Counted from the stretch's first letter, positions 9,225 to 18,612 are shown. The stretch: 64,000 nucleotides of DNA from a bacterium (GCA_028820935.1 JAPPHZ010000021.1:6755-70754); one strand, 5' to 3'. The notes: generated from the letters alone by a model not told the origin. Numbers and translations: made by a program.

Positions 9225-9985
9225 CAGAAGATGCGCATCTCCTGGAAGGCAATCTCGGCCATCTCGCCCTTCAGGATGACGTTCTCGGCGTCGTCCGGAT
9301 GGAGCCGTCCGACCGCTACCCGGCAGATCTCCCCGGCCGGACCGCGGATGAGCTGATCCGTGTCCTCGGGACCCGCCACGTACTTGGCGTACATGGGTCC
9401 GATCCCCTCGATCCGGACTGGTTCCGTGTACTCGTACCCGGCGAGGTCGAATGCCCATGGAAGGGTCATGTGGGCGAACCAGATGACATGGCGCAGGCGA
9501 TCCGTGTCCTCGGGCTCCTCGTCCATTGCCTCGTAGATGTCGAGGCCGTGGGCCCAGACTTCCGCCAGTTGGAGGGTGGCGAAGGTCTTGGCGGACATGT
9601 CCGAGTACACCCAGGGGACGCGGTCGGAGGCCGAGGCCCGACTCATGGCGTCAACTACCTGTGCCCTACCGAGCCGCCACCACTCGATCACGTCCTGGGG
9701 GCGCATCTGCCGGCCTCGTTCGACACCGACCTCGGCGAGGTCGTCGATGCTCTCGTACTCGTCGAGGTCGTCGAGCATGGCGCCGTCCTCGGCGACGGCG
9801 TTGTGTGCGTACTCCTGGAAATGGGCCAGATGGGAGATCGCGTCGCGGATGGTCCAGTCTTCTTCAGGGATCCGGATGCTCCACTTGTTGACGGTGATCC
9901 TCTGGAGGAACTGGTCGAGTTGTTGTTGCTCCGCTACGAGGTCAGACAAGACTTCCCGCATGATCCCAAGTTTACCACTGCCCAT
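9224..9985 (-). CDS. DinB/mycothiol-dependent maleylpyruvate isomerase N-terminal domain protein (TIGR03084-like)
   Basis: 253-aa ORF. It has the pattern LxxLxxEqqqLdxxL...W.IRDxISHLAxF typical of MDMPI_N/DinB-fold metal-binding proteins. The start could be the internal MREVLSD (9961). Confidence 0.65.
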   Translation of the reverse strand: MGSGKLGIMREVLSDLVAEQQQLDQFLQRITVNKWSIRIPEEDWTIRDAISHLAHFQEYAHNAVAEDGAMLDDLDEYESIDDLAEVGVERGRQMRPQDVIEWWRLGRAQVVDAMSRASASDRVPWVYSDMSAKTFATLQLAEVWAHGLDIYEAMDEEPEDTDRLRHVIWFAHMTLPWAFDLAGYEYTEPVRIEGIGPMYAKYVAGPEDTDQLIRGPAGEICRVAVGRLHPDDAENVILKGEMAEIAFQEMRIF

Positions 9986-10151
9986 CCCTAAACGTTCCGC
10001 CCGCCAGGCCCATCCGTCCGTCCACCCGGCGGTTGGGTCGGCCGCTTCTCGACACGTAGTCGAGCACCCGGGATCGCCCGGTACGGTCGCTCGATCGGGC
10101 CGCCTCCGGAGGTCGGCACGGGGGCCACCCGCGATCGGGTTCCGGCAGGGT

Positions 10152-11225
10152 TCAGGCTGTGTGCGGCCTGGGCAGCGGACCCTCGAACCCCGGCGTCTCG
10201 TAGACGTAACCGTTGAGGCGGTCGACGAGCAGGCGCAGGCGTCCCAGGCTCCGCCGGTCGAACCACATCGTCAGCCGGGCGCAGTCGAGCGCGTCTCCAT
10301 CATTGATTTCGGCCTCCGACGGTCCGGTGGCCTCGATCCGGCCCCGGGCGAGGATGTCGGCGAACTCCCCGTTCAGGTCTTTTACCTGCTGCTCGGTGGG
10401 GGCGTGCCGCAGCCGGAGCACCAGCCGTCCGTCCACGTAGCGCTGGGAGTGATAGTTGGCGTAGAACCGGCAGATCTCGTCAGCCGCCGCGGCCGCGTCC
10501 CGGGCGCGCACGAAGAGGTTGGCGTCCGCGGGGCTGATCATCCCGTGCCCTTCCAGGCGGTCGCTGACGAACGCCTGCCACGAGGACCAGTACGACGTTC
10601 CCGCCTCCATCAGCACGACCGGCTGGATGGGCGCCTTCCCGGTCTGGATCAGTGTCAGGAGCTCGAAGGCCTCGTCCATGGTGCCGAAGCCGCCCGGGAA
10701 GATGGCGAAGGCGTGAGACTCCTTCACGAAACCCAGCTTGCGGGTGAAGAAGTACTTGAAGTTGATCAGCCGGGATCCGGCGATGTAGGGGTTGGGTTGG
10801 GCCTCGAACGGCAACCGGATGTTGACGCCGAAGGAGCCCTCCCGGCCGGCGCCCCGGTTCCCGGCCTCCATGATCCCCGGGCCGGCGCCTGTCACCACCA
10901 TCCATCCGCGGTCCTCCCACATGAGGCGGGCGAACTCGCTGGCCAGCAGGTAGTCGGGATGGTCGGGCGCGGTACGTGCCGATCCGAAGATGGTCACCTT
11001 CGGCGTCTCGGCATAGGACCTGAACACCTTGGAGGAGTAACGCATCTCCTTGAGGGCGCTGTTGAAGAGCTTGATCTCCCAGCGGTCGGCCCGATCCCGG
11101 TGGAGCTTGAGGGCGGTGGTCATGATCTCGGCGATCAGATCCTGGTTGTCACCGTCCCCGGCTCGGGCGACGAGATCTCGGATCGTCTCGTCCAGTAACG
11201 GGTCTCCCATGCTGTATCGGGCCAT
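10152..11225 (-). CDS. LOG-family nucleotide 5'-monophosphate nucleosidase (TIGR00730 / PpnN-like long form)
   Basis: The PGGFGTMDEAFE motif and GSAR...GGGPGIMEA-like Rossmann core are present. The start is set at MARYSMGDP (ATG 11223-11225), preceded by GGAGGA. Confidence 0.8.
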   Translation of the reverse strand: MARYSMGDPLLDETIRDLVARAGDGDNQDLIAEIMTTALKLHRDRADRWEIKLFNSALKEMRYSSKVFRSYAETPKVTIFGSARTAPDHPDYLLASEFARLMWEDRGWMVVTGAGPGIMEAGNRGAGREGSFGVNIRLPFEAQPNPYIAGSRLINFKYFFTRKLGFVKESHAFAIFPGGFGTMDEAFELLTLIQTGKAPIQPVVLMEAGTSYWSSWQAFVSDRLEGHGMISPADANLFVRARDAAAAADEICRFYANYHSQRYVDGRLVLRLRHAPTEQQVKDLNGEFADILARGRIEATGPSEAEINDGDALDCARLTMWFDRRSLGRLRLLVDRLNGYVYETPGFEGPLPRPHTA

Positions 11226-11288
11226 GCTTCCTCCGGTATTCGTTCCCAAGCTAGTGATTTTCACTCCCCAGACGTACCACGATCCGCC

Positions 11289-12200
11289 CTAGGTGGGAAG
11301 GGTCAGCCCGGTATCGTCCGCCAATGCCAGGCATATTCCGTCGAGTATGTCGTAGCCGGTGACGGTGATCCGCTCTAGACCGAGAACCCGGAGGGCGGTC
11401 TCTGCGATGACGGCGCCGCCCAGGATCACGGGGGCCCGCAACGGATCGAGGCCGGGGATTGCCCGCTTCTCTTCGAGCGTGAGCCCCCCCAGCCGGGACA
11501 CCATCCCTCCGAGGTCGGTCAGGCTCAGGCCGGCGCCCTCGACGCGGGTCGGATCGAAGCGGCCGAGTCGCTGATGGATGGCCGCCAGAGTCGTCCATGT
11601 GCCGGCCGTGCCCAGCGCCTCGCGCCGGTGGGTGAGGCCGGCAGGCTGCATCGCTTCGGAGGCGGTGCGGCGGGCCGCCGCGAGGTGTTCCGAGGCCGCG
11701 GGATGGGTGGGCAGGCATCGTTCGGTGAGCCGAATCGATCCGATGTTCACCGAGACGCCGCCCTGATCGGTCACGACCTCGGTGCTCCCTCCCCCGATGT
11801 CCACCACCACCATCCTGCCGGCGTCGCCGTGGCGAGCGGTGGCGCCCCGGAAGCACAGATCGGCCTCCTCCTCACCGCCGATGACGTCGGGACGGAAACC
11901 CAGCGCCTGCCGGGCAGCAGCCAGGAACTCCTCCCGGTTGACCGCATCGCGGGTGGCGGCCGTGGCAACCGCCCGAGACCTGGTGACGCCGGCCGATCCG
12001 ATGCGCCGCCCGTATCCGGCCAGCACCCGGACCGTCCGCCCGATCGATTCCGGTGTCAACCGTCCTGATCTGGTCGAGTCCCGTCCCAACCCGGTCACCT
12101 GCTCGATCCGCTCCACGTCGGCCATCCCGTCGCGCCCGACCTCGGCGATCAGCAGCCGGGTGGAGTTGGTGCCGATATCGACCGCAGCGAACCGTGGCAC
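11289..12200 (-). CDS. Ppx/GppA-family phosphatase (exopolyphosphatase / pppGpp phosphohydrolase)
   Basis: GTG start. The N-terminus AAVDIGTNSTRLLIAEV and DIGGGSTE are ASKHA-fold Ppx/GppA signatures. Confidence 0.85.
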   Translation of the reverse strand: MPRFAAVDIGTNSTRLLIAEVGRDGMADVERIEQVTGLGRDSTRSGRLTPESIGRTVRVLAGYGRRIGSAGVTRSRAVATAATRDAVNREEFLAAARQALGFRPDVIGGEEEADLCFRGATARHGDAGRMVVVDIGGGSTEVVTDQGGVSVNIGSIRLTERCLPTHPAASEHLAAARRTASEAMQPAGLTHRREALGTAGTWTTLAAIHQRLGRFDPTRVEGAGLSLTDLGGMVSRLGGLTLEEKRAIPGLDPLRAPVILGGAVIAETALRVLGLERITVTGYDILDGICLALADDTGLTLPT

Positions 12201-12388
12201 TAGTGGTCTGCCTGCGAAACGACTGGGCGTGTTCTGGCTGCCATCGGTGTCCCGTCGCTGCGTTCCGCTTCCTCAACGTGCCGCTGCGGGCACGCCTTCG
12301 TCAGCGGGCCTTGCGAGGAACACCGCTGCCGACGCCATACCACACCGCCGTCCCGCAGACAGACCACAGGGCTACAGGCAGACCGCTA
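12201..12388 (+). mobile_element. MITE-like element, family A, copy 1 (terminal inverted repeats, no ORF)
   Basis: It fills the whole ppx/AAA+ intergenic gap. The ends are TA-GTGGTCTGCCTG ... CAGGCAGACCGC-TA, and a second degenerate right-end copy (CGCAGACAGACCAC) lies just inside. By hand alignment it is highly similar to 15542-15704 along its whole length. Confidence 0.6.
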
Positions 12389-12393
12389 CGGGC

Positions 12394-13401
12394 CTACGAA
12401 CCGAACGGCGGGTCGGATGGTCCCTTGCGCACGCAGGCCGCCCAGACCGTCTCGTAGTGGTCGATGTCGTAGGCATCGATGTGGGGGAGGACCATGGACT
12501 CCCAGGCGGTGCGGAGCGGGTCCTCCCGCCGCTCATGCACCATCAGGCCCACCGGAAGGCGGTCGAGAACCGTCCGCAGGCTGATCGGGGTCTCCACCCG
12601 GGTGCCCGGATCGGTCGAGAGGAACGACCGGTTGATCTCGGTGGCCAGCCTGCTGATGTGGCGCACGTACACCTCACGCATCGACGGGTAGCGGCGGTCC
12701 AGCATGGCCTCGATCTCGGTGATGTCGGGAAAGTTTTTCTCCCAGATGACCCACCGGTCGGCGAAGGCCTTGTTGAGGGTCTGGGTGCCGGCGTAGTCAC
12801 GCAGGTCGGTCGGGTTCATCGTTCCGAACAGGCGGACATCCTCCCTGAGGGGCACCGTCTCGCCGGTCGGGAGGTCGAGCGCCGCGTAGCGGTCGAGCAG
12901 GCCGTGCAGGGCGAAGAGGGTCTCGGCCCCGGCGGCGTTCAGCTCGGACAGGTTCACGAGAGCGGTCCCTCTCAACGCGCGGGTGATGTCACCGTCCTCC
13001 CAGCGGCTCTCCGTGCCGCCCAGGCCGTCCCCGTAGAGCTTCACCGAACCGATGAGGGTGATGTCGCGCACCTCGCCCGTCAGAGGGATCCGGTAATAGG
13101 GGAGGCGCAGCAGGGCGGCGAACTGCTCGATGTCGTGGTCCTTGCCGGTGCCCATGTGTCCCCGTACTGCCAGGTGAAGCGGCACCGTGCCCTCGGGTTG
13201 CTCCCGGCGGACCTTCTCCACCTGGGCGAAGCGGTACAGCATGCCGACGTCGACGTAATGGGGGTCGGGCTCGGGGATCTTGTTGACGCGCTGGCTGTAA
13301 TCCCGCACCTCGGTCCTGGGAACCACCACCGTGTCCAGGGTGATGGGCCGGCCCTTTCCGGTCGGGTCGGTGAAGGTGACCTTGGCGGGGTGGTCAGGCA
13401 C
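12394..13401 (-). CDS. CobS-like / MoxR-class AAA+ ATPase (AAA_5) with atypical Walker motifs
   Basis: 335 aa with a GTG start overlapping the upstream stop by 8 nt. It has a CobS-like N-terminus (IPEPDPHYVD), a P-loop GHMGTGKD, a Walker-B position LVNLSELN, sensor-1 GTMNP and the FADRW motif. Confidence 0.8.
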   Translation of the reverse strand: MPDHPAKVTFTDPTGKGRPITLDTVVVPRTEVRDYSQRVNKIPEPDPHYVDVGMLYRFAQVEKVRREQPEGTVPLHLAVRGHMGTGKDHDIEQFAALLRLPYYRIPLTGEVRDITLIGSVKLYGDGLGGTESRWEDGDITRALRGTALVNLSELNAAGAETLFALHGLLDRYAALDLPTGETVPLREDVRLFGTMNPTDLRDYAGTQTLNKAFADRWVIWEKNFPDITEIEAMLDRRYPSMREVYVRHISRLATEINRSFLSTDPGTRVETPISLRTVLDRLPVGLMVHERREDPLRTAWESMVLPHIDAYDIDHYETVWAACVRKGPSDPPFGS

Positions 13402-15511
13402 TGCGTAACTCCGGCATGAGTGGGCTGCTCCCGGTTTGCTGGCGTCCGGCCCGGATCCACCAGGTGTCCTCCCCGTCCAGGGCCAGGCCCCGCCGGAGAG
13501 CCATCCGGACTCCGGCCACCATGGAGTTGGCCAGCTCGTCCGGACGGGATATCACCTGGTGGTGACGGTAGGCGGAAACCACCGTATCGTCTCCCACGCC
13601 GATCCCCAGAACCGTAGTGCCCCGCCCGTCCACCTCCTCCACCGACCGGGCCAGGGCCTCGACCGACCCCCTGGTCATTCCGTCGGCCAGCACCACCAGC
13701 ACCCGGACCCGGGCGCCGTGGTTGACCAGCCGCCCGGCCGCGTAGGTGACGTTCAGCTCGTCCACGTTGGCGCCCTTCTCGAACAACGACACGGGTGGGG
13801 TCCGGCGCGGGCTGCGCCGCGCCTCGACGCCGGCCTCGCTCGCATGGGCCGCCGTCCAGAACAGTCCGGCGAGCAGGTCGTCGGATCGCCGCCAGGGTTC
13901 GTGGAAGGCCGACAGCACGTAGTGGTTGACGGTGGAGGTGAGGCGGTCGGCCGCTGCCCCGTGGCTCTGGCGCAGCTCGCTGATGGCGGCTGCCCGGCGG
14001 CGGGAATAGGTCCACTCGGTGTCGTCCACCTGGGCGACGAAGGCGCGGTTGAACAGGGCCACCTCGAAATCCACCCGGAGTTCGTTGCACATGGCGGCCA
14101 GGGTCCAGGCGCCGAGCATTGCGGCCGCCAGACCCCAGGGGCGGCGGTCGCGGGGCGCCGACAGGCGCCGGGGCTGGAGCATGGAGGCTGATCCGTCCAC
14201 CAGCACGCTGACCGCGTAGGAGCGGCGGGTCGAGACCGACCGGCGCTCGAACATCCGCTGGTAGAGGCCGCCGCCCAGAAGCAGCGCGGCGTGGGGTGAG
14301 AGGTCGCCGGCGTCGAAGCCCGACCTCAGCCCGCGCCGCTGGTTGGCGATGAACAGGGGATGCAGCTCGCCCCCGACCTGTCGCTGATCGACGTTCCAGT
14401 CGCGGGCCGCGTTCACGAGGGCGGATCTTCCCCGGTCGGAGAAGTTGCGGAAGGAGTCGGGAACGCGCGCCACGGCCAGCTTGCCGCTCTGGCCGTTCGG
14501 GAGGTAGATGACCGGGGCCTGGCTGACCATGAGCAGCTGGTCGGTCCCCTCACCGGCGGTCCGGTCCATCCGGGCCGGCCGGAGGTCGAGGCGGGTGGGA
14601 TCCTCGGCCCCCCGGCGGACCTCGTTGTAGTGATCGGCGTCCTGGACGGCGGGAGAGAAGAGCCTGACCCGGTCCAGGCCGTCCGTCATGGCGTCCTTCT
14701 CCGCCTGCTCCCGTTCCCGGCGAGCCGGGGGTGGGTCGTCCGGCGCGCCTTCCTGTATCAAGCCGTGCGCCTTGGCGATGGCGAGGAGCTGCATGGTCAG
14801 ATGGCCGGTATCCCATGGTTGGGCGGCGACCGATGCCTCGTCGAGCACGGCGCGCGAATCCGCCCAGGCAGCCCCGGAGCGGGAGTCGAGGAGCCGTTCC
14901 AGGCGGTCGGGGGGCGCGTATCCACCCACGGACATGAAGCAGGCGATGGTGTACCGGGCCAGAGGACCGCGGCCCGCCAGCGCTCCCCGTAGGGAGGACC
15001 GGTAAAGGTCCTCGAGGACGGAGCGGGCGCCCGGATAGGCCTCCAGGCCCTGACGCTCCTGGCGGGCGTCCTCCAAGGCGAAGAAGAGAGCCTCGGCCGG
15101 GGGGCCGCCGGCCCGGTCGAGGGCCTCCAGCACGGTGAACTCCTCGCCCTCCTTCGGGCCGGGCCGGCCGTCCTGGAGCCAATGCTCCGGCAGCGGCCGG
15201 CGCTCGTCGAAGTCGGAGGAGACCAGGTGGATCACCTCGTGGAGCGCCGAGGCGAGGGCGGTCTCCTCGACGGTGACGGGCGCCCTGCGCCCGTAGGCGG
15301 CCTGGAAGAGCCCGGGGTCGATCACCACCTCGAGCTCGGACGCCCTGCTGGAGGAACCGAGCGTCACCCGCAGTTCCTCCCTGCCCGCCACGGTGCGTGC
15401 GACCCGGGTCACGGCGCCCGCCACCCGCTGGTACCGGCCGACCACCGACTCGATGGCGCGTTCCTCCGGAGCCAGGATCTCGGTCAGTAGGGAGCGATCT
15501 CGAAGTGTCAC
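13394..15511 (-). CDS. vWA-domain protein with an N-terminal HExxH region (CobT/NorD/DUF2201-like partner of the AAA+ ATPase)
   Basis: 705 aa. The MIDAS motif is VLVDGSASM (DxSxS) in the C-terminal third. HEVIH lies near residue 90. The gene is translationally coupled to the downstream AAA+ gene. Confidence 0.75.
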   Translation of the reverse strand: MTLRDRSLLTEILAPEERAIESVVGRYQRVAGAVTRVARTVAGREELRVTLGSSSRASELEVVIDPGLFQAAYGRRAPVTVEETALASALHEVIHLVSSDFDERRPLPEHWLQDGRPGPKEGEEFTVLEALDRAGGPPAEALFFALEDARQERQGLEAYPGARSVLEDLYRSSLRGALAGRGPLARYTIACFMSVGGYAPPDRLERLLDSRSGAAWADSRAVLDEASVAAQPWDTGHLTMQLLAIAKAHGLIQEGAPDDPPPARREREQAEKDAMTDGLDRVRLFSPAVQDADHYNEVRRGAEDPTRLDLRPARMDRTAGEGTDQLLMVSQAPVIYLPNGQSGKLAVARVPDSFRNFSDRGRSALVNAARDWNVDQRQVGGELHPLFIANQRRGLRSGFDAGDLSPHAALLLGGGLYQRMFERRSVSTRRSYAVSVLVDGSASMLQPRRLSAPRDRRPWGLAAAMLGAWTLAAMCNELRVDFEVALFNRAFVAQVDDTEWTYSRRRAAAISELRQSHGAAADRLTSTVNHYVLSAFHEPWRRSDDLLAGLFWTAAHASEAGVEARRSPRRTPPVSLFEKGANVDELNVTYAAGRLVNHGARVRVLVVLADGMTRGSVEALARSVEEVDGRGTTVLGIGVGDDTVVSAYRHHQVISRPDELANSMVAGVRMALRRGLALDGEDTWWIRAGRQQTGSSPLMPELRSA

Positions 15512-15541
15512 AAAGCTCTATTGTCGCAGGTCGCAGACGCA

Positions 15542-15704
15542 GTGGCCTGTCTGTGAAACAGCCAGGCGTGTTCTGGCGGCCATCGGCGTCCCGTCGCTGC
15601 GTTCCGCTTCCTCAACGTACCCTGCGGGTACGCCTTCGTCAGCGGGCCTTGCGAGGAACACCGCTGCCTCGCCATACCACACCGCCATTACACAGACAGA
15701 CCAC
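15542..15704 (+). mobile_element. MITE-like element, family A, copy 2
   Basis: TIRs are GTGGCCTGTCTGTG ... CACAGACAGACCAC. It fills the rhomboid/vWA intergenic gap and has the same orientation as copy 1. Confidence 0.6.
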
Positions 15705-15709
15705 AGTGG

Positions 15710-16537
15710 TCAGGCCACGAGGACGGCCAGCATTCCCACCAGGATGAGTATCGAGGGCACGAGGGTTCGCATCAGGTCAGCGTTCGGGCCGCCGGGTATC
15801 CGCTGCCAGGCCCACACGATCAACATCCCCGCCAAAAGACCGCCCACATGGGCCTCCCAGGCGATCCCGCGGACCAGGAGGGGCAGAGCGAGGTTGATCG
15901 CCAGTAGGAGGAGAAGCTGGCGGAACCGGGCGGCGCCGGCCGGCGTGTGGCGGAGCGGATAGGTTCCCACCAGGACGGCGCCGAACAGCCCGAAGATGGC
16001 GCCCGAGGCCCCTACCGCGGCGCCCTCCGACAGGTACTGGAAGACCACTGCTCCCGTAACGGCGGAAGCCAGATAGAGCCCCACGAAGCGGATGGTCCCG
16101 GCCCGCCGCTCGATATACGGTCCGAACACGTAGAGGGCGTACATGTTGAAGAGGATGTGGACGATGCTGCCGACGGAGTGCAGGAAGGTGGCGGTGATGA
16201 CCCGCCACCACTCTCCGGCACTGACCGCCGGAGTTATGTGGGCGTAGTCGATGGTGAACCGGGCGTTGGCGCGCTGGGCCAGGTAGGCGGCCACCGTTAT
16301 CACCATGATCACGAGGACGGCCGGGGTGATGCCGGAGCGGATGCTGCGGGCGGGCACCACGCGGGTCGTGGCGCCGGCACATTCCGGGCATCGCTGGCCC
16401 ACCGGTGAGTCCCGGGAACAGTCGCCACAGATGTGCCGTCCGCACCGCGAGCAGCGCAGGTAGGTGACCCGGTCGCGGTGCCGGTGGCAGGTGGCCGGGC
16501 CGGCGGCGCCTGGCGTTCCGTCGTCCATGCCGTCCAT
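15710..16537 (-). CDS. Rhomboid-family intramembrane serine protease with an N-terminal zinc ribbon
   Basis: The real start is probably MDGMDDG (ATG 16535-16537); the listed 445-aa ORF is over-extended. Motifs are CHRH...CSRCGRHICGDC...CPEC, HxxxN (HILFN) and GASGAIFG. Confidence 0.85.
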   Translation of the reverse strand: MDGMDDGTPGAAGPATCHRHRDRVTYLRCSRCGRHICGDCSRDSPVGQRCPECAGATTRVVPARSIRSGITPAVLVIMVITVAAYLAQRANARFTIDYAHITPAVSAGEWWRVITATFLHSVGSIVHILFNMYALYVFGPYIERRAGTIRFVGLYLASAVTGAVVFQYLSEGAAVGASGAIFGLFGAVLVGTYPLRHTPAGAARFRQLLLLLAINLALPLLVRGIAWEAHVGGLLAGMLIVWAWQRIPGGPNADLMRTLVPSILILVGMLAVLVA

Positions 16538-16594
16538 TGTACGGGCAGGGCGGCGAGTACTCGATGGCCCGCTGAGCCGGTAGCATCCCGGCCC

Positions 16595-17845
16595 ATGCAG
16601 GTTGAGATTTCCCAGACGTCCACGGGGTTGACGGTCGTGACCGAACCGGTCCCGGGAGTTAGATCGGTGGCGGTGGGCTGCTGGATAGACACCGGTAGCA
16701 GGGACGAGCGTCCCGGCGAGGCGGGGGCGGCCCACTTCCTCGAACACCTCCTCTTCAAGGGGACCGAGGAGCTGTCGGCCCGCTACATCTCCGAGACGTT
16801 CGACGCAATCGGCGCCCAGAGCAACGCCTTCACCTCCAAGGAGTACACCTGTTTCTGGGCCCGCATGCTGGACAGCGAGCTGGCAACCGGCATGGACCTG
16901 CTGGCGGAGATGCTCCAGCGTCCCGCGTTCCGACCGGACGAGATCGACTCCGAACGCAACGTGGTGATCGAGGAGATCAACATGAACGAGGATGACCCGT
17001 CGGATGTCGCCGGGGAGACCTTCATGCGGACCCTGTTCGAGGGGCATCCGCTGGGCCTACCGGTGCTGGGGACCCGCGAGTCGATCGGGGGCATGACCCC
17101 GGAGGATCTGAGGGGTTACTGGCGGAGGCGCTACGGAGCGCGAACCGCGCTGGTGGCGGTGGCCGGCAATGTGGAGCACGGGGACGTGGTGGAGATGGTG
17201 GAGCGCCGGTTCGGCGCCTGGGAGGCGGAGGACGCCACCCATGACCTGGCCGCGCTCCGGGTGGGCGCGAGGGCGAGTGTGGTGGAGCGGGACACCGAGC
17301 AGGTCCACCTGGTGTTCGGAGGCGAATCGATCCACCGCACCGACGAGGGTCGGATCACCGACGGTGTGATGCATCACATACTGGGCGGCGGGATGTCGTC
17401 CCGCCTGTTCCAGAAGATCCGCGAGGAACGCGGCCTGGCCTACGCGGTTCACAGCTTCGCGATGCGCTTCGCCGAGACGGGCGGTTGGGGTGTGTACGTC
17501 GGCACCACGCCGGCCAACGCCCACACCGTCATGGAGATCCTGGTCGAGGAGATCGAGCGGATGGTCTCCGAAGGCGTGACGGCCGCGGAACTGGACAGGG
17601 CCAAGGGACACATGCGGGGCGCCCTGGCCCTCTCGATGGAGGACACCAACGCCCGGATGATCCGCCTCGGGCGCAACCAACTGTTCGGCCTGCCCCATCT
17701 TCCCCTCGACGAGCGCCTGGCCCGGGTCGAGGCTGTCACCAGGGCGGACATCGCGGCGACGGCCGCCCGCAACCTGGCCGGTCCCCGGGTGGTGGGCGCC
17801 GTCGGTCCGCTGCCGGCGGGCGAGTTCGAGAGATACCTGTCGTGA
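16595..17845 (+). CDS. M16-family (pitrilysin/insulinase) zinc peptidase
   Basis: The start is at MQVEISQ (ATG 16595). The inverted zinc motif is HFLEHLLFKG (HxxEH). Confidence 0.85.
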   Translation: MQVEISQTSTGLTVVTEPVPGVRSVAVGCWIDTGSRDERPGEAGAAHFLEHLLFKGTEELSARYISETFDAIGAQSNAFTSKEYTCFWARMLDSELATGMDLLAEMLQRPAFRPDEIDSERNVVIEEINMNEDDPSDVAGETFMRTLFEGHPLGLPVLGTRESIGGMTPEDLRGYWRRRYGARTALVAVAGNVEHGDVVEMVERRFGAWEAEDATHDLAALRVGARASVVERDTEQVHLVFGGESIHRTDEGRITDGVMHHILGGGMSSRLFQKIREERGLAYAVHSFAMRFAETGGWGVYVGTTPANAHTVMEILVEEIERMVSEGVTAAELDRAKGHMRGALALSMEDTNARMIRLGRNQLFGLPHLPLDERLARVEAVTRADIAATAARNLAGPRVVGAVGPLPAGEFERYLS

Positions 17846-18612
17846 TCTCGGTCGGTATCTCGGGCGCCCCCGGAAGGATGGGACTCGTCTCCCAGGCCGC
17901 CATCGGGCCGCTGGAGGATCTGGCGGTGGGCGGCCTCTACGCACCGGGCCACGAGGGCGAGCCGCTCCCGGGAGGTGCCTGCTCGGGCGACCCGGAGGAC
18001 CTGCGCGGGTGTGACGTGATCCTGGAGTTGACCCATCCGGAGGTGGCCCCCTCCAACGTCAGCCGCTGGAGGTCCTTCGGCGCGCACGTGGTGATCGGGA
18101 CCTCGGGGTACGACTCCGGTCGCATCGCCCGGCTCCGGGACGAGTGGGAGGGGAGCGACCGGCGATGCCTGGTGGTCCCCAACTTCTCCCTGGGCTCGGT
18201 GCTGATGATGCGGTTCGCGGAGACGGCCGCGCCCCACTTCGCGGCTGCGGAGATCATCGAGATGCATCACGACCGCAAGCGCGACGCACCCTCCGGAACC
18301 GCTCTCAACACCGCCGCCCGCATGGGACGGGCCCGCCAGGATGCCGGCATTCCGCCAGCCGACCGGGGCCGCGAGCTGAAGGATGGCGCCCTGGGCGCCG
18401 ACGTCGAGGGTGTTCCCGTCCATTCCGTCCGGTCCCCGGGCTTGGTGGCCCACCAGGAGGTGATCCTGGGCGGGGTGGGCGAGTACCTGACCATCCGCCA
18501 CGACACCACCGACCTCGCCTCCTTCGCCGCCGGTATCGTCCTGGCGCTGCGGTCGGTCGCCTCGCTGGAGGAGCCGGTCACGGTGGGTCTGGACGGCCTG
18601 CTCGGCCTCTGA
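17842..18612 (+). CDS. dapB: 4-hydroxy-tetrahydrodipicolinate reductase
   Basis: A GTG start overlaps the upstream TGA (GTGA). The signature EMHHDRKRDAPSGTA is present. Confidence 0.9.
   Translation: MISVGISGAPGRMGLVSQAAIGPLEDLAVGGLYAPGHEGEPLPGGACSGDPEDLRGCDVILELTHPEVAPSNVSRWRSFGAHVVIGTSGYDSGRIARLRDEWEGSDRRCLVVPNFSLGSVLMMRFAETAAPHFAAAEIIEMHHDRKRDAPSGTALNTAARMGRARQDAGIPPADRGRELKDGALGADVEGVPVHSVRSPGLVAHQEVILGGVGEYLTIRHDTTDLASFAAGIVLALRSVASLEEPVTVGLDGLLGL

Noticed and set aside
15710-17047. Listed over-long ORFs: rhomboid 445 aa, sulfatase 873 aa (31538), enolase-family 426 aa, SDR 442 aa (53311..54639), dapB 375 aa, BtpA 341 aa
   Set aside because: The N-terminal extensions overlap divergent or upstream genes and have no family similarity. 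Internal starts with SDs or stop/start overlaps give products of canonical length.
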